Shown here piece after piece: positions 34,456 through 48,181 of a stretch of DNA of 64,000 bases; within the stretch, counting starts at the first letter, position 1, and the number at the start of each line of letters is the position of its first letter. Source of the stretch: Mobula hypostoma (taxonomy: Eukaryota); the NCBI RefSeq assembly GCF_963921235.1, contig NC_086097.1, positions 126,854,001-126,918,000 of the forward strand. The letters run 5' to 3'. The position numbers were made by a program, and so were the translations under genes. The notes below the pieces were generated by a model. It was given only the letters and a program-made list of their open reading frames with translations, did not search any database and was not told the origin of the DNA.

Positions 34456-37400
34456 TGGTTAAATAATCAGAAATTTAATGCACAGATATGAAGTTTATTC
34501 ATCCAGTGAGTTATGAAACTGTGGAATTTCTTAACCTGGGGGGCAGCTGATGTTCAGCCAATGTTTTCTTTCAAGACTGAAGGCACAGGTTTTTTGGCCA
34601 AGGGACGTGGGGAAAAGTTTTGCGGGAAGTGAAGTTGAAGACATCACCATCCCCTATCTTGTTGAATAATGGTGCAATTCTAGGAACTGTGTGGCTAATC
34701 CCGTCCCTCTTCCTTATGTTTTTTACATTAGTAAAAACTGATTCTTCAACCTGCAGTGTTTATTTCAGAATATACTAAGTTTTAATGGTACAAGATTAAG
34801 GCAATTTGAAAAAGTCTCTGGCGTCATAATCTGAAAATTATGGTACATAGATCATTATCAGAATATCTCCACAGGAAGTGCTTAGTACGATAATGAGAAT
34901 TAATAAATACTGGCTTGTCAGAAAATATTATTCTTGGATTTGAAATCTGACTGAACCTAGGTTAAAAAACAGTTAATCTGAAACCTCTGCAGTTGCCTTT
35001 TTAATACTTAAATCTGAACTGACATGTTGTAATCTACTTTACCAAAGCTACTTGCACATTCTAGTGATTACAATGCTAAAATTCGTTGATGCCTTTGCAA
35101 GATTGTCCCTAAGTTAATTTATATCATTAGCTTTTATGAATGTCTAAATCAGATTTGGGATTGCAGTGCTGTATTAAAATATAACTGAATTCTTTTTTTG
35201 TATTCCCTTTCCTTTCCAGGCATAATTTTCCTTTCCAGTTATGTAAATGATTGAACAATTGCCTGAAACTCTTGTTCTCAGAGTTATTTTTCTAAAATTC
35301 ACTTTAAGACCTGCATTTGTATCTCACACTGTTGACGTTTGCAATGTATTATTTTCAATAAAATGCTCTCGTGAGTGATTAGGCACAGTAGATACAAGCA
35401 TATACTTGTTCTAGTAACACATTAAATTCCTATAAATTCTTGGAGTAATATATCATGCTTTTTCATGCCAGTTTTCTTAAAAAATCAGCTTGGTTAAGCC
35501 ATTTTTAAACTTAAACTAATATCTGCCCTGCTGTTAATGTATCATGCATGATATGGCTTAGGTGGTAAGATGTTGTGTCGTTATTTAACAAACTTGAATG
35601 TTGTATCCTCTCTGAGTTGATGTTTTTTGCAGGTGATGAGGTGCCTTTTACTATTGTTATTCCAGAAGGTGATCTGGATGTTGCTAGTTTTGGTGGTAAA
35701 TACTGGAGATGGATTGTATTCCTTCTTTCCCTCTTACCATCCCAATTCAGATAATGTAAAGCTTTGGATAATCACCATTGGATCATCATTGATAACTGTA
35801 GCCAAGTTTCAAGTTTTCTTAGCTGAAACGTATCTGCAGAGAAAGTCCTGTCAAGAACTTGGATAATGATTTAGCATGACTGTTAAAATGTAAGCTTCTA
35901 TTCACATGTATACTTGACAGTCATTGTCTTGACTATTCTTGGTGTGTTTTGTTTGCTAGAATTGTTTATACTTTCTGCTGTTGAATAGTTAGGCTGGAGA
36001 TCTTATGTTGGTCCTGGATTGACAATAAATCGAGATTGGTGTGTTAGTGACTTTGCATTTTACAATGGTTCTCCTAACTGCTTGAAACTCCCCAGGAAGG
36101 AAATTGTATCCTCCATGTCCTTGTGGAGATGTGGTCACAGGATGAAAGTGAACCATTCAACAAGTCTTTGACATTCTCAAGCAATGAATTGGATCCTTTG
36201 TCATTCACCTTTTTCTTAAGGATCCCTTCTTCTGTGACCAGGATTTATGATGCTATGGTAATGGTTGAGGCTCTACAAAACATGGTGTAACTAGTGGAGC
36301 TGCTACCTCATAACTGCGGTTAACTGGGTTCACTCTTAACTTCAGTACTGCCCGTTCTTTACTTCTCGCCTCTCTTAAGTCCACATATCGTCTATCGGCC
36401 CATTTCCCACTACACTCATCATTTATTCTGGCTACCTTCATTCTCTACCTTCAATCCTGATGCAGGATCTCAATCCTAAGCTTCGACAATTCCTTCCCAC
36501 ACTTCTGCTGCTCGACTTGCTGAGTTCCTTCGGCAGATATTTTATTGCTGCAGGAAATTCAGTGGGCAAATGGGATTCTTCTGTGAGCCAACACAGACTT
36601 GATGAAAAGAAATAGTCTTCTCCTCTGTTAAAAGAATGTACGAACAGTACTTGAAGTGTAAACAAAACTTGCGTGTTCACCATTGAGATTTTGGATACTG
36701 TATATAAATAAATCAGCCCAAACAATGTAAATGGTCCATTGTGTATTTCTCTAGCGTCCATATTATATCGAGTATATTCTCTCTATATTTTATAGGTGAT
36801 ATACAGCTAATCTAGTGGTCAGTTTGCAGGGTTTGTGACCTTCATATTTAAATTGGAGTGATTTTCTTTGGATCTGTCTGGTTTGGAGGATTCAAGATCA
36901 AACCTGTAGGAAGCCACCTTCCAATGAGGCATCATCGCTGGCTGGTGACCTCTTGTAGCTAGCTATGTTTGTTTCACCATTTCAGACCGAACCTAAATTG
37001 GTTGCCCAGGATTTCACTCGGCTTTGCTGGTTTCACGTTCACTCTGTGCTGATTTTTCTCATCTGCCATTTCAAGTTTCATTTGCAGTGACAGCTGAGAA
37101 TACCAGCACTAGTTGCTCTGCTGATTTGTATTTCAGAATTAAATCACAACTCCAAAGCCTCAATGGTAATCTGTTCAGTCTTGTTGGCAGTCTTTACAGG
37201 TTCTCCTAATAGATTTACTGCAGTCAGTCACCACCTTCTGGAGCAAGTTTCCTTCTACAGAGATGGGTGTGGGATTTCCTGCATCCATATTAGACTGTTA
37301 ATAAATCTCTATTTTGGCATGTCCTGTTTCTGTCAATGCAAGCATTTTATTTGCAGGTACTTGCTCTCAGAATTTGCATGGAGGCAACAAGTGATAGTTT

Positions 37401-37950
37401 TTTTTCTTCTGGAGTCCAGCTGGTTTGTGCTGGTGAACACCACTGAAGTTCGTTAAAAGTTCTTTCTTGGGATTGTATCTTTCATCAGCACTCAGGTTTG
37501 GCATATGTTTTGATATGTGCAGAATAAGTTATTCATGTCTTGAATTAGCCCGAGAGGCATTCTCAGTTCCCTCTAGTCCTCTTGTACTTTCATTGCCAAG
37601 ATGGATGTGACTTTTTCTAGGCTTGCTTTAACTCTGACTGTTGCGCATCAGTTCTTATGAACTGGCACCCCTACAGTTCTCAATATTTAGTTTTTAGCCA
37701 GTAGATCAAATTCTTTCCAAGAGTTCTTGGAGATGATGACCAAGGGCTTGTTCATCCACTCCATAGATGTAGATACCATCGGTTTGTCAAACGGTTCATC
37801 GAAGTGTTGTCCACCTGCATCCTGACCTACTTTGCTGTCAAGTGGTAGATGTTGGAGCATGTATCAGCATGTAATTTTGTCAATGGAGAAAATTTCTCAT
37901 CAGGCTTCACATTTGAACATACTGTCTGGTATGGGGTGCAGAGCTGCTGC

Positions 37951-38093
37951 ACAGGATCAAAATAAGCTGCAGAGAGTTGCAAACTTACTCAGCTCCATCA
38001 TGACCACTCATCTCCATTGTAAACAGGATCAAAATAAGCTGCAGAGAGTTGCAAACTTACTCAGCTCCATCATGACCACTCATCTCCATTGTA
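37951..38093. repeat. 72-bp tandem duplication in an L2/Rex1-like LINE 3' fragment (about 37925-38445)
   Basis: acaggatcaaaataagctgcagagagttgc...ctccattgta occurs twice (37951, 38023). Confidence 0.9.
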
Positions 38094-38454
38094 TCCAGGA
38101 CATGTTCAAGGACTGATGCCTCAAAAAGGCAGCATGCATTATTAATGACTCCCAACACCCAGATCATGCCTTGTTGTCATTGCTACCATCAGGAAGGAAG
38201 TCCAGGAGCCTGAAGTCACAGCCAGAGATTCAGGAACAGCTTCTTCCCCTCTGCCATCTGATTTCTGAATGGACATTGAACCCATGAATACTACGTCACT
38301 ACTTTTTTTTAATTTCTGTTTTTTTTGCACTATCTATTTAACTATTTTATATTTGTATATAAAATACTGTAATTCAGTTTTTTCTCTATTATTATGCATT
38401 GCATTGTACATGCTACTGCAAAGTCAACAAATCTCACAACATAATCCAAACAAG

Positions 38455-38640
38455 TAGCCGGCTGGTGGCGTAGTGGCATCAGTGCTGGACTTCGGAGTGA
38501 AGGCTCCCGAGTTTGAATCCAGCCGGCTCCCTTGCACGCTTTCCATGTCAGCTAGTGTTGAGCTTTAGTGTCGAGCTAGCAATTCAGCCTTGTAAAAATA
38601 AGAAAGCCCGCTGAAAAAATGCTGTTATGACGGAGTCCTG
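38455..38640 (+). mobile_element. tRNA-derived SINE
   Basis: A-box TGGCGTAGTGG and B-box GAGTTTGAATCC in a tRNA-like head. Confidence 0.65.
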
Positions 38641-38689
38641 ATGACTCCACTCAGAGTTAGGGGCTTTCTTCTTTTTCTTCTTCAATCCA

Positions 38690-39372
38690 AACAAGAGAAA
38701 GTCTGCAGATGCTGGAAATCTGAGCAAGATGCTGGAGGAATTCTGTGGAAAAAAAGTACTGTCGATGTTTTGGAGAAAAAAGCTGAGGAGTAGATTTGAA
38801 AGGTGGGGGGGGGAAGGGGAGAGAGAAATACCAGGCGATAGGTGAAACTTGGAGGGGGAGGGATAAAGCAAAGAACTAGGAAGTTGATTGGTGAAAGAGA
38901 CAGAAGTCCATAGAAGAACTAAGAAGGGAGGGGAGAGGAAACAACACCTTGTATTCCATTTAGGTAGCCTGCAACCTGATGGCTTGAACTTCGATTTCTC
39001 AAACTTCCAGTACTGCCTCCACCCCTCCCCCATTTCACCATTCCCTATCCCCTTTTCCCACTCTTATGTTATCTCCTTGCCTGCCCATTGCCTCCCTCTG
39101 GTGCTCCTTCCCCCGTTTTCCTTCTTCCATGGTCTTCTGTATCTTTTACCAATCAACTTCCTAGCTCTTTGCTTCATCCCCTCTCCTTCCCCCTCCCCCA
39201 AGTTTCACCTAATGCCTGGCGTTTCTCTTTCCCCTCCCCCCACCTTTCAAATCTACTCCTCAGCTTTTTCCTTCCTTCCTGCAAAGGGTCTCGGCCCGAA
39301 ACGTCGACTGTACTTTTTTCCGTAGATGCTGCCTGGACTGCTGAGCTCCTCCAGCATTTTGTGTGTGTTGCT
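38690..39372. mobile_element. Penelope-like element fragment with inverted 3'-end copy
   Basis: Minus-strand 3' UTR (38690-38935) abuts plus-strand KQHLVFHLGSLQPDGLN plus 3' UTR with a degenerate hammerhead (about 39278-39310). Confidence 0.8.
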
Positions 39373-39576
39373 CACAACATATGCCGGTGATATTGAAGCT
39401 GATTCTGATTCTGACCTGTACAGCACTGGAACCGGCCCTCAAGCCACTGTGTCTGCGCTGACCATGGTGCCAAATGAAACTAGTACCATCTCTTTGCAGA
39501 ATCATTAGATTTGTTATCATAGAACTATGACGTGAAGTTTGTTGTCGTTTGTGGCAGCAGTACAGTGCAAAGACAG

Positions 39577-39832
39577 GATGGCACAGTAGCATAGTGGTTA
39601 TCACAATGCGTTACAGTACAGGTGACCTGGGTTCAATTCCTGCCACTGCCTGAAAGGTGTTTGTACGTTCTCCCCGTGGCCGCATGTGTTTTCTCCCGCA
39701 ATCCAAAGTGTACCATTTGGTAGGTTAATTGATCATTGTAAATTGTCCCATGATTAGGCTAGAGTTAAATTGGGGGATTGCTGGGCAGCATGTCTTGAAG
39801 AGCCAGAAGAGCACATTCCTCACTGTATCTCA
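39577..39832 (+). mobile_element. tRNA-derived V-SINE-like element
   Basis: A-box TAGCATAGTGG, B-box GGTTCAATTCC, then tttgtacgttctccccgtg core. Confidence 0.7.
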
Positions 39833-40042
39833 ATTTTTAAAAAAGCTACTATAATTGCAAAAGAAATAATACAAGAATAAGGAATAACTAGGTAATATTC
39901 GTGGACCAAAATAGCCAGTTATTTTTTTATCTATCTATATATCAGCTTACCGGTACACCTTGTCTAGTATTAGTCCATTGAGCCTGTGTTGACTCAAGGG
40001 AGAATCCTTTCAACCTACCTTCTAAACACCTCCACCCTGTCA

Positions 40043-41662
40043 TCGTCGTCGTTGTTGTTGTGGCTATCCCTCAAGATCGAGGATGATGGTCTTCATTCTG
40101 TTGATCTACTTATGGGTTCTCAAGTGGTTTATAAGTCCAATCTTGGCTTTGAAAGTTCTTCCGCATTCAGGACAGGTAGTTCCAGATGACAGATCGGGCT
40201 TTAGTTGTTGCTGCCTCACTTCCTCTTTTCTTCTCTTTTCTTTTAATTCTGGACAGCTGTTGACTTCGAAAGTTGCTGTTCCTTCTCGGATGATGGCTTG
40301 CCAGAGTTTCCTGCCCTTGGCATTGGTTTCCTAATTGGCGATGTCGATGTTACATTTCTTCATGTTGGTTTTTAAGACATCTCTGAATCTAGTCTGTTGT
40401 CTGCCTCTTTTACGTTTGCCTTCTTTAAGCTGGGAGTAGAAGATTTGTTTCGGCAGATATTCGTCTTTCATCCAAACAACATGACTGCTCCATCTTAGTT
40501 GGTTCTTGATGATGTAGGCTTCAATGCTTGTTGTTTTTGCTTCATTTAGCACACTGACGTTGGTTCTTCTATCTTCCCGGTTGATATTTAAAATGTTTTG
40601 AAGACAGCGTTGATGCAACTTTTCAAGTGCCTTCAGATGTCGTCAGTATGTTGTCCAGGTTTCTGATGCATACAGGAGCACTGGGATTACCCCTGCTTTG
40701 TACACTAACATTTTGGTGTCTGTTTGGATGTCACGATCATGAAAGACTCTTGTTTGGAGACGTCCAAAAGCTGTTCCAGCACATTTAAGACGATGTTGGA
40801 TCACGTCATTAAGGTCAACATTGGAGGAGAGGTGACTTCCAAGATACAGAAAGTGGTGCACATTTTCCAGGGTTACTTCGCCAGGTTGAATTGATAGTTC
40901 TATCCGATTTGTCTCAGTTAGTGACAGTTGAGAGATGATCTGAGTCTTCTTGGAATTGATGGTAAGTCCAAGTTTCGTGTATGAATGGTTGAAGGCAGTC
41001 AGAATCTGTTGTAGGTGGTTTTTTGAAAGAGCTGCAACACTGTTGTCATCTGCATATTGGAACTCGATGAGGGAACTCGTGGATGTCTTCGTTTTGGACT
41101 TGAGATGGGCAAGATTGAAAAGTCTGCCATCTGTTCTGTGGACAATTTCGATTCCTGGGGGTAGGTTGTCTTTGATAATGTGGATGATTGTCGCAATGAA
41201 GATGGTGAACAAAGTTGGGGCAATCACGCATCCCTGTTTTACTCCTGATCTAACTTGAAAAGGCTCACAGTTACTGTTGCTGACCATGACTGTGGCAAGC
41301 ATGCCATCGTGGAGGATTCTCAGGATTCGAATGTACTTTTCAGAGCATCCATAGATGGATAGGACATCCCATAGGAGTTCCCTTTGATACGGAGTCAAAG
41401 GCTTTGGTGAGGTCAATGAATGCCATGTACAAAGGTTGAAGTTGTTCATGACATTTTTCTTGTAGTTGTCGCATTGTGAAGATCATGTTGATTGCTCCAC
41501 GTGATGGTCTAAAACCGGCTTGCGTCTCCGGAAGGATCTTCACGGCTAAAGGCTTGAGCCGGTTGTTCATGATGTGGTTGAAGATCTTTCCTGCTGTTGC
41601 TAACAGGGAAATTCCACGATAATTTCCACATTCGGATTGATCGCCTTTCCTTTTGTAGATGG
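40043..41662 (-). mobile_element. 5'-truncated RTE (BovB-like) LINE with 9-bp TSD
   Basis: CGNYRGISLL...QAGFRPSR...FIDLTKAFDSV...GVKQGCVIAPTLF...QYADD; (CAA/CGA)n tail; TSD ACCCTGTCA at 40034-40042 and 41663-41671. Confidence 0.93.
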
Positions 41663-42403
41663 ACCCTGTCACCACCCCAGCAGTGACACCACCCCACAGC
41701 TTCCAACACTCATCTACAAAACTACGTGCAATAGTAGGGTCCAGTGACATCTTTAGGGTGCAGGAGGAAACTGGAGCATCTTGAGGAAACTCACAAAGGA
41801 ATGAGGAGGACATGTGAACTCCGCACAGACAACACCTGAGATCGGTGTTGAAACTAGGTTCCTGGAGCTTAGAGGCAGCAGCTCCACTATCTGTGCCATT
41901 GCACTGTGGAACAAGCAGTAATGTGTTATGCATGTTGCTAAATCAAAAAGAAAATCTTACTTCAGTGATTGGTTTCTTTTTTATCATTTCAAGTTGCTTT
42001 CCAGTCCGGTGGCTCTTTGCTGTATTATAAGTGCTCCAATGAGTATTTAAAAAAAATATGACATGCGATTCATCCCTCTTTCAACTCTTCTAATTACCAT
42101 GCGTCTTTGCCCTTAGTTATCCACCTTTATTGTGAAGGGAGCTAGGTGTTTCATGAACAATTTGTCTCATTTTATGGTGCTACCAGCTCGTTCTCCAAGG
42201 CACATTTACCTCTGCCCAACCTCCTCAACAAATCTGAAATGAGCAATTAAACATGTCATCTTTTAAGGACAAAGTCTATGTGGAAGCTTCTGAATTGTTG
42301 AAAGGCAGGTCTTTGTGGAAAATGTAAGCACATAATTGTGATTCAGATTTGCTTTATTGGTTGAAGTATATCAAATATAAAAATACTGCTTGTGTCTTTT
42401 CAG

Positions 42404-42629
42404 AGAGATATTTCCAGAAGGCCTACCTCCATCTTACGTATTTGTTGCCACAGTGCGGTTAAAAAGTCCAACCAACAAGATGAAATTTGACTTGTGGAGA
42501 ATCCTGTCCAAAGAAGGAATTATGCAAGCAGCTGTCACGCTTGATGGAGAACAACAGGCTGTGTTTTTCACGACTACCAGCCTGATCGAGGAGATTCAGA
42601 CTGTGGTATTCAATGATAAAAGACTAAAG
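42404..42629 (+). CDS. col21a1: Collagen XXI alpha-1-like, TSPN exon
   Basis: tttcag|AGAGATA...CTAAAG|gttggt, 226 nt. EIFPEGLPPSYVFVATVR...DLWRIL...AVTLDG...FTTTS; phase 2 to phase 0. Confidence 0.95.
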
Positions 42630-45510
42630 GTTGGTCCTCAGACTTCATGATGCACCAGGTTTTCATTTTTTTCAATAAGTAAATGGAAATATCTGAGCAA
42701 GATCCTGAAAGGAATTCTTAAACTATTCAAATCCATTTTAGAGTTTGTGTATTTATAAACATAAACTAACAGAATGTGAACCCTGGGAAATAAAATCATG
42801 ACAAATACAAAATTGTAAGTGAACATGGGCTGATTGTCTGGCCTTGTGTTCATCTCCATTGGTACTGAGTATCATATGGTTTTGATACATTCAGCATCAG
42901 AATTCTGTTTTAATATTTTAATACCACCCTTTTTTTTGCTGACATTCATTATGAATTTCTGCTGAGTGAATATTTATGCAGGAGGTGTTACTAGTTGGGT
43001 TTGCTGCGCTGATGATTTCTACTTGGTCGCCATTAGCTAACCTGTTTGAATACATTTGTTGGAAATGTAGTGTGTAATATTTGTAGACTCACTGGTACAC
43101 TCAGCAGATTGTGTGCAATTCTGGTCACCTACCTACAGGAATGATATCAATGAGATTGAAAGAGTACAGAGAAAATTTATGAGGGTGTTGCCAGAACTTG
43201 AGGACCTGAGTTGTAGGGAAAGGTGGAGCGTAGGTGAAAGAAGGGAGATTTGATAGAGCTGTACAAAATTATGAGGGGTATCGATAGGGTGTCAAACGGT
43301 TGTTGTGACGTGTCTAGTGCGGTAGTGTAGTGGGTAGTGCTTGTCACTCTCACTTTCAGCTTCCACCACTGGCTGGCAGTCTCGCAAAAAGGAGAGCCGA
43401 GTGTGTAATTCTCTCCCTGCCAGTACAAAGCCTCTCCAACAAGAAGCCTCATGTCGTGTCTCCTCACAAGTGACACGTGGAAACTGAGCTCCTTTCAGGC
43501 TTAGGCTGAACAACAAGAGGATGGGGAGGAGGTCTGGCCCCTGCACACATAGCACGCAGGCCCACCAGTGTGTGGACACGCCCCTGTGCCCATGAACCAG
43601 ATCCCCAGCTATGGGTCATCAGGACTGGGAAACCTGAGCAGGCACTTCTTCATTCGGGGGGTGGTGAGAGTGTGGAACGAGGTGCTAACAGAAGAGGTGG
43701 ATGGGGTTTGATTGCATCGTTTAAGAGAAGTTTGGATGAGTACTTAAGTAGGAGGGATATTGAGGGTATGGTCCAGGCCTTGGTCAGTGGGAGAAGGCAG
43801 CATAGCAGCTTGGCATGGACTAGATACACAAAGGGCCTGTTTCTGTGCTGTAGTGCACTAGATGAGGCCCTCCGTTGGTCAGGATGTTGCTTCCCAGCTG
43901 TCGATGTGATACCAACCTATGACAGCACAATATGGAGAGCAAGCTGTTGCCCATGTAGCAGACTCCTCCTCTCCACACAGCTGATGAATCCAAACGACAA
44001 GCAAGGATGGGTACAGTTTGGCACCAGCAGCATTTCAGGAGCCGCCAGTCAGCATCGAGCTCAATGCAAGACTGCCTTAGGGATTCCAGCTCTGGATCTT
44101 CGCTCGGGATATGTTCCTGATGTCTTCCCCAAGGCAGCAGAGATTTGAGATCAGAGTTTTTCTTTTCCTAGAAGGGGTGCGAGTCCCATCTGCCCAAAGT
44201 CAACGGGTTTAATGAACCAGTTGCCCACCCTTGCCTTGTCCCCTGTCAGTAGAAACTGGTTCACTGGGCTTAGAAGCTAAGCCACACGTGAAGGCCAGGA
44301 GCTGGACTTGATTGTCAGAGGCTATTTAAGATGCACACCATTTGGAGCATTTGATAGGTAGTGGGAGCTTGTCCCCATTACCACCATGTCTGTAGCAAAC
44401 TGATGTGCTCTATGAATTTGGTATGAAAGATGATTAATGTTGGAGTTGTAATATGTAGATGTGCTTGGCATGTGGATCTGTTCAACCGTCAATACCCATA
44501 TGACTAACTACTTCCAAATCTCAACGAATATCCTTCCCACACTCCCTAATTTCCAACCACCCTTTGGCATGTTTAGTGGCTGGCCAGTCAGAGCCTTATC
44601 CAGTTAATAATGTGGGGCAATCGATGAAGGCTAGCTTATCTAAGATTGGCAAGCATTAAACATATTATATACTGATTCTCCAATCAGTGCAGGAACTATA
44701 AACACTTAGACGTTGATTTAAATGAAATAGTGAATGGATCGGCTTAAGCTGTTTTGGATTTAAGTGATGAAATTCATTCTTCTCAAAGTAAAATTCCTCC
44801 ATGTAGTGCATTTGGCATTGCTCTTAATTTGACAAATGAGGGCTGAACAGATCGGATATGTACATCATTTGACATTTTTTAAGCCCAAGATTTTAAATCA
44901 GTACCTAATTTGATATTGTAGGAAGTGCTGACAATGTTGGAATGAAGTTGGGCATACTGTCCCTTGTTTATTAACTGATAGTGCTTTTTTTTTTGTTTAT
45001 ATTTATCCTGTAATCCTGTCTTGGTGTGTTCAGTGCCAGTGGTGCAAAGTGGAAAAATATTCCATCACCAAGCCTAATACCCACCACACTAACTATTACT
45101 CTAAATATAATCAGTAATAGGCTCCTTCAGTTGCAAGGAAATATGTCAAGTTCCAATATGTTGACCAAGTATAGACATACTATGTGGAAAATTCCAAAAT
45201 GCAGACTTGTATTCTTTGGCAATACAATAAAAAGATCCCTTCCTTTAAAAATGGTGGTTGAAACCTTAGTTTTTTTTGGCAATTCTTATTATTTGTTGCT
45301 GAAATTAATTTGCCAACTAAACAGTTGTACTACATATGTTTTTGATGATAAATGATGCGAAGAGAACTCACTGAATCGGAATCGGGTTTATTGTCACTGA
45401 CCTAAGCTGTGAACTTTATTTCTTTTTGTGGCAGCAATACAGTGAAAACATAACAAATTACCATAAATAAATAAATAAATAGATACACAGTGCAAAAGGG
45501 GAATAGAATA

Positions 45511-46191
45511 GATTAGATTAGATTATGAGTTCACTCAGTCCTTGTTTATTGTTATTTAGAAATGCATGCATTAAAAAATGATACAACGTTCCTCCAGAAT
45601 GATATCACAAGAAAACACAGGACAAACCACGACTAAAACTGACAAAGCCACATAATTATAACACGTAGTTACAACAGTGCAAAGCAATACCATAATTTGA
45701 TAAAGAGCAGACCACGGGCTTGGTAAAAAAAAGTCTCAGTCCCAATAGACTCATCGTCTCACGCAGACAGCAAAAGGGAGGAACTCTCCCCGCCATGAAC
45801 CTCCAAGCGCTGCCAACTCGCTGATGCAGTATCATTGGAAGCACCCGACCGCAGCGGACTCTGAGTCCGTCTGAAAACTTCGAGCCTTCAACCGGCCCCT
45901 CCGACACAGCTTCTCCGAGCACCTTCCTCTGCCGAGCGCTTCGACCCCACCCCGGCCGCCGAGCAACAAGCAAAGCTCAGGACTCGGGGCCTTCTCCTCT
46001 GGAGATTCTGGACCACACAGTAGCAGCAGTAGCGAAGCAGGCATTTCAGAAGTTTCACCAGATGTTCCTCCGTGCTCTCACATCTGTCTCCATCAAATCA
46101 GGATTGTGCACAGCACCCTACTTGACAAATAACAGACATCATCACCAGAGTGGCCGCTGCGAGCTGCGTCGTGCCGCCATCTTCTCCTCCC
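45511..46191 (-). mobile_element. Non-autonomous non-coding retroelement (second copy), inserted in an L2-like tail
   Basis: (GATTA)n tail, head GGGAGGAGAAGATGGCGGC, candidate TSD GAATAG; homologous to 9789-10400. Confidence 0.8.
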
Positions 46192-47061
46192 GAATAGCAA
46201 AGTAATGTTCATGGACTGTTCAAATATCTGATGGCAGAGGGGAATAAGCTGTTCCTAAAATGTTAAGTGCGAGTTTTCAGGCTCCTAGACCTCCTCGCTG
46301 ACAGTGATAGTGAGATGATGGCACGTCCTAGATGGTAATGGTCCTTAATGAAGAATGTTGTCTTCTTGAAGCTTTACCTTTGGAAGAAGAAACACTGTGT
46401 TCATATACAGTAAAACTCCAATAATCAGGTACTTTGGTGCTACACTGGCAGATCTGCTGGACTTTTGTATATTACTGCTTTTAATATTCCAATACACTTT
46501 TCATCTAGATTTGTATTAAGTTTTATACAGTGTGTAGAAATATTAAAAAAGTTCCAGGGGACCCTGGGAGTTTAAGGAGTGATAATAAGCAGACCAAATG
46601 CATTTAAAGGAAGTGTGGAAAATCGAGTCACAGTGGGTTTATGGAAGACCTGTGCCTGATGCCTAATAATCAGGACTTCCATATAACTAGATGACAAATT
46701 ATTGGAGCTTTACTTATTGAAGGACTAGATGTTCACTTTAAAAAATCAAACGTTTCCACTGCTTCCCCCCGTAATTTGGAGAAGTAATTAATTGATGCAT
46801 TGTAAGCAACAATATTCTTCTGTTGCTTAAAAAAATATATTTTATTGAGGGTATTTAGAGTTTTTATTCTTATCATAAAGTGGATGAAAGGAAATTATGG
46901 GGATCAATGGGAGCCTTCTGAAGGGCTTTCTGAAGTATAGTGTGGTGATGAAATAAAAAGATGCTTCTGCTTCTTAACTCACACTATACTGGCTGTACAA
47001 GTGGAGTAAGGTTTCAGAGGGTTTCCAATTTTAATTCAGTTTATTTCTGCTATACTTGTAG

Positions 47062-47235
47062 GAATTGTTCGATGAGGACTGGCATCAATTAAAGCTACTG
47101 GTACTAGAAATGAAGGTCACTTGTTTCTTAGATGATATGGAAATTCAGAACCGAAATCTTGAGCAAGTTATTCCTATATACATAAATGGAAAGACCCAGG
47201 TGGCTAAACTTGTGAAAAGAGAGACATCTGTGCCT
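47062..47235 (+). CDS. col21a1: Collagen XXI alpha-1-like, TSPN exon
   Basis: ttgtag|GAATTG...GTGCCT|gtaagt, 174 nt. ELFDEDWHQLKLLV...FLDD...INGKTQVAK. Confidence 0.93.
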
Positions 47236-48181
47236 GTAAGTAAAAGTACTTCCCATGTTATTTGTTTTGTGAGTAATCATTTCTATTTATTAAAATTATT
47301 AGCAACGTGTATGCATTTGGTACCTAATGGTGCATATATGCAAAAAATGCTGCAAGTGCTGGAAATATTGGAAGTATTTCCATCGATGGAGGGAAATAAG
47401 TTTACTGTCTCAAGTCATTAATCTTTTATCAGAATTGAAAATTTAGGAAAACGAGCATGTTTTAATATGCAGAAGGGGAAGGGTTGTAAAGAACAGAGGG
47501 AATGGCTGTGACAGGGCAGAGACGAAGACTGTCCATGGGATATGCATGTTATTGACACTGTCTTGAGATTATGGGTGGTGAACATTGTCATTGCAGCTGA
47601 TGCACCCACAGAAGTGTGTTCTGAGGGAAATGAATGACAGCACCAGGTAGAAAGTAAGCAAAAACAATGCTGTAAGTGTAATGCCAGAGCGTAGCCATTC
47701 CTGAAGATATGAAATAACAGAGTGCTGGAAATACTCAACAGGGCAGGTAGCATCTATGGAGAGAGAAGAAGAAACATGACCTAATATTACGAACTATGGC
47801 AGTAGCATACTGGTTAGCGTCATGTCATTACAGCATTATTAAGCCAGCATTGCTTCTAGTGGGCTTGCTCCCTGGCGTCTGGAACATAGGGCATGAGACA
47901 GAAATGACTGGCATACCTTGGTTAAACTTGCTTGCTGCAACTTTGAAGATAGGTATCACGCGGACCTGGAGACTGCCCGACAGAAGAGAAAAGCAGCAGC
48001 GACAGCTGTGTGTGTGGATTCAGGACAACTCTCTTGTCCTATCGTGAACATCTTTGGCATTCAAGAATTGGCTTTTACGGTCACATCTGAACAACCCTCA
48101 GATGAGCTGCACAAGCACAATTGTCATTGTTGAAATTGACGGACAACTGATGTTCCAGTGATTGCTGTAAGATCGGGGTAA

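Noticed and set aside
38455..38530. tRNA gene candidates (also about 51095-51170 and 61605-61629)
   Set aside because: SINE heads followed by SINE bodies, or a PBS; no complete cloverleaf with terminator
41340..41933. 197-aa minus-strand ORF that looks like a novel fusion protein
   Set aside because: Chance read-through from SINE sequence into the 5'-truncated RTE at the TSD
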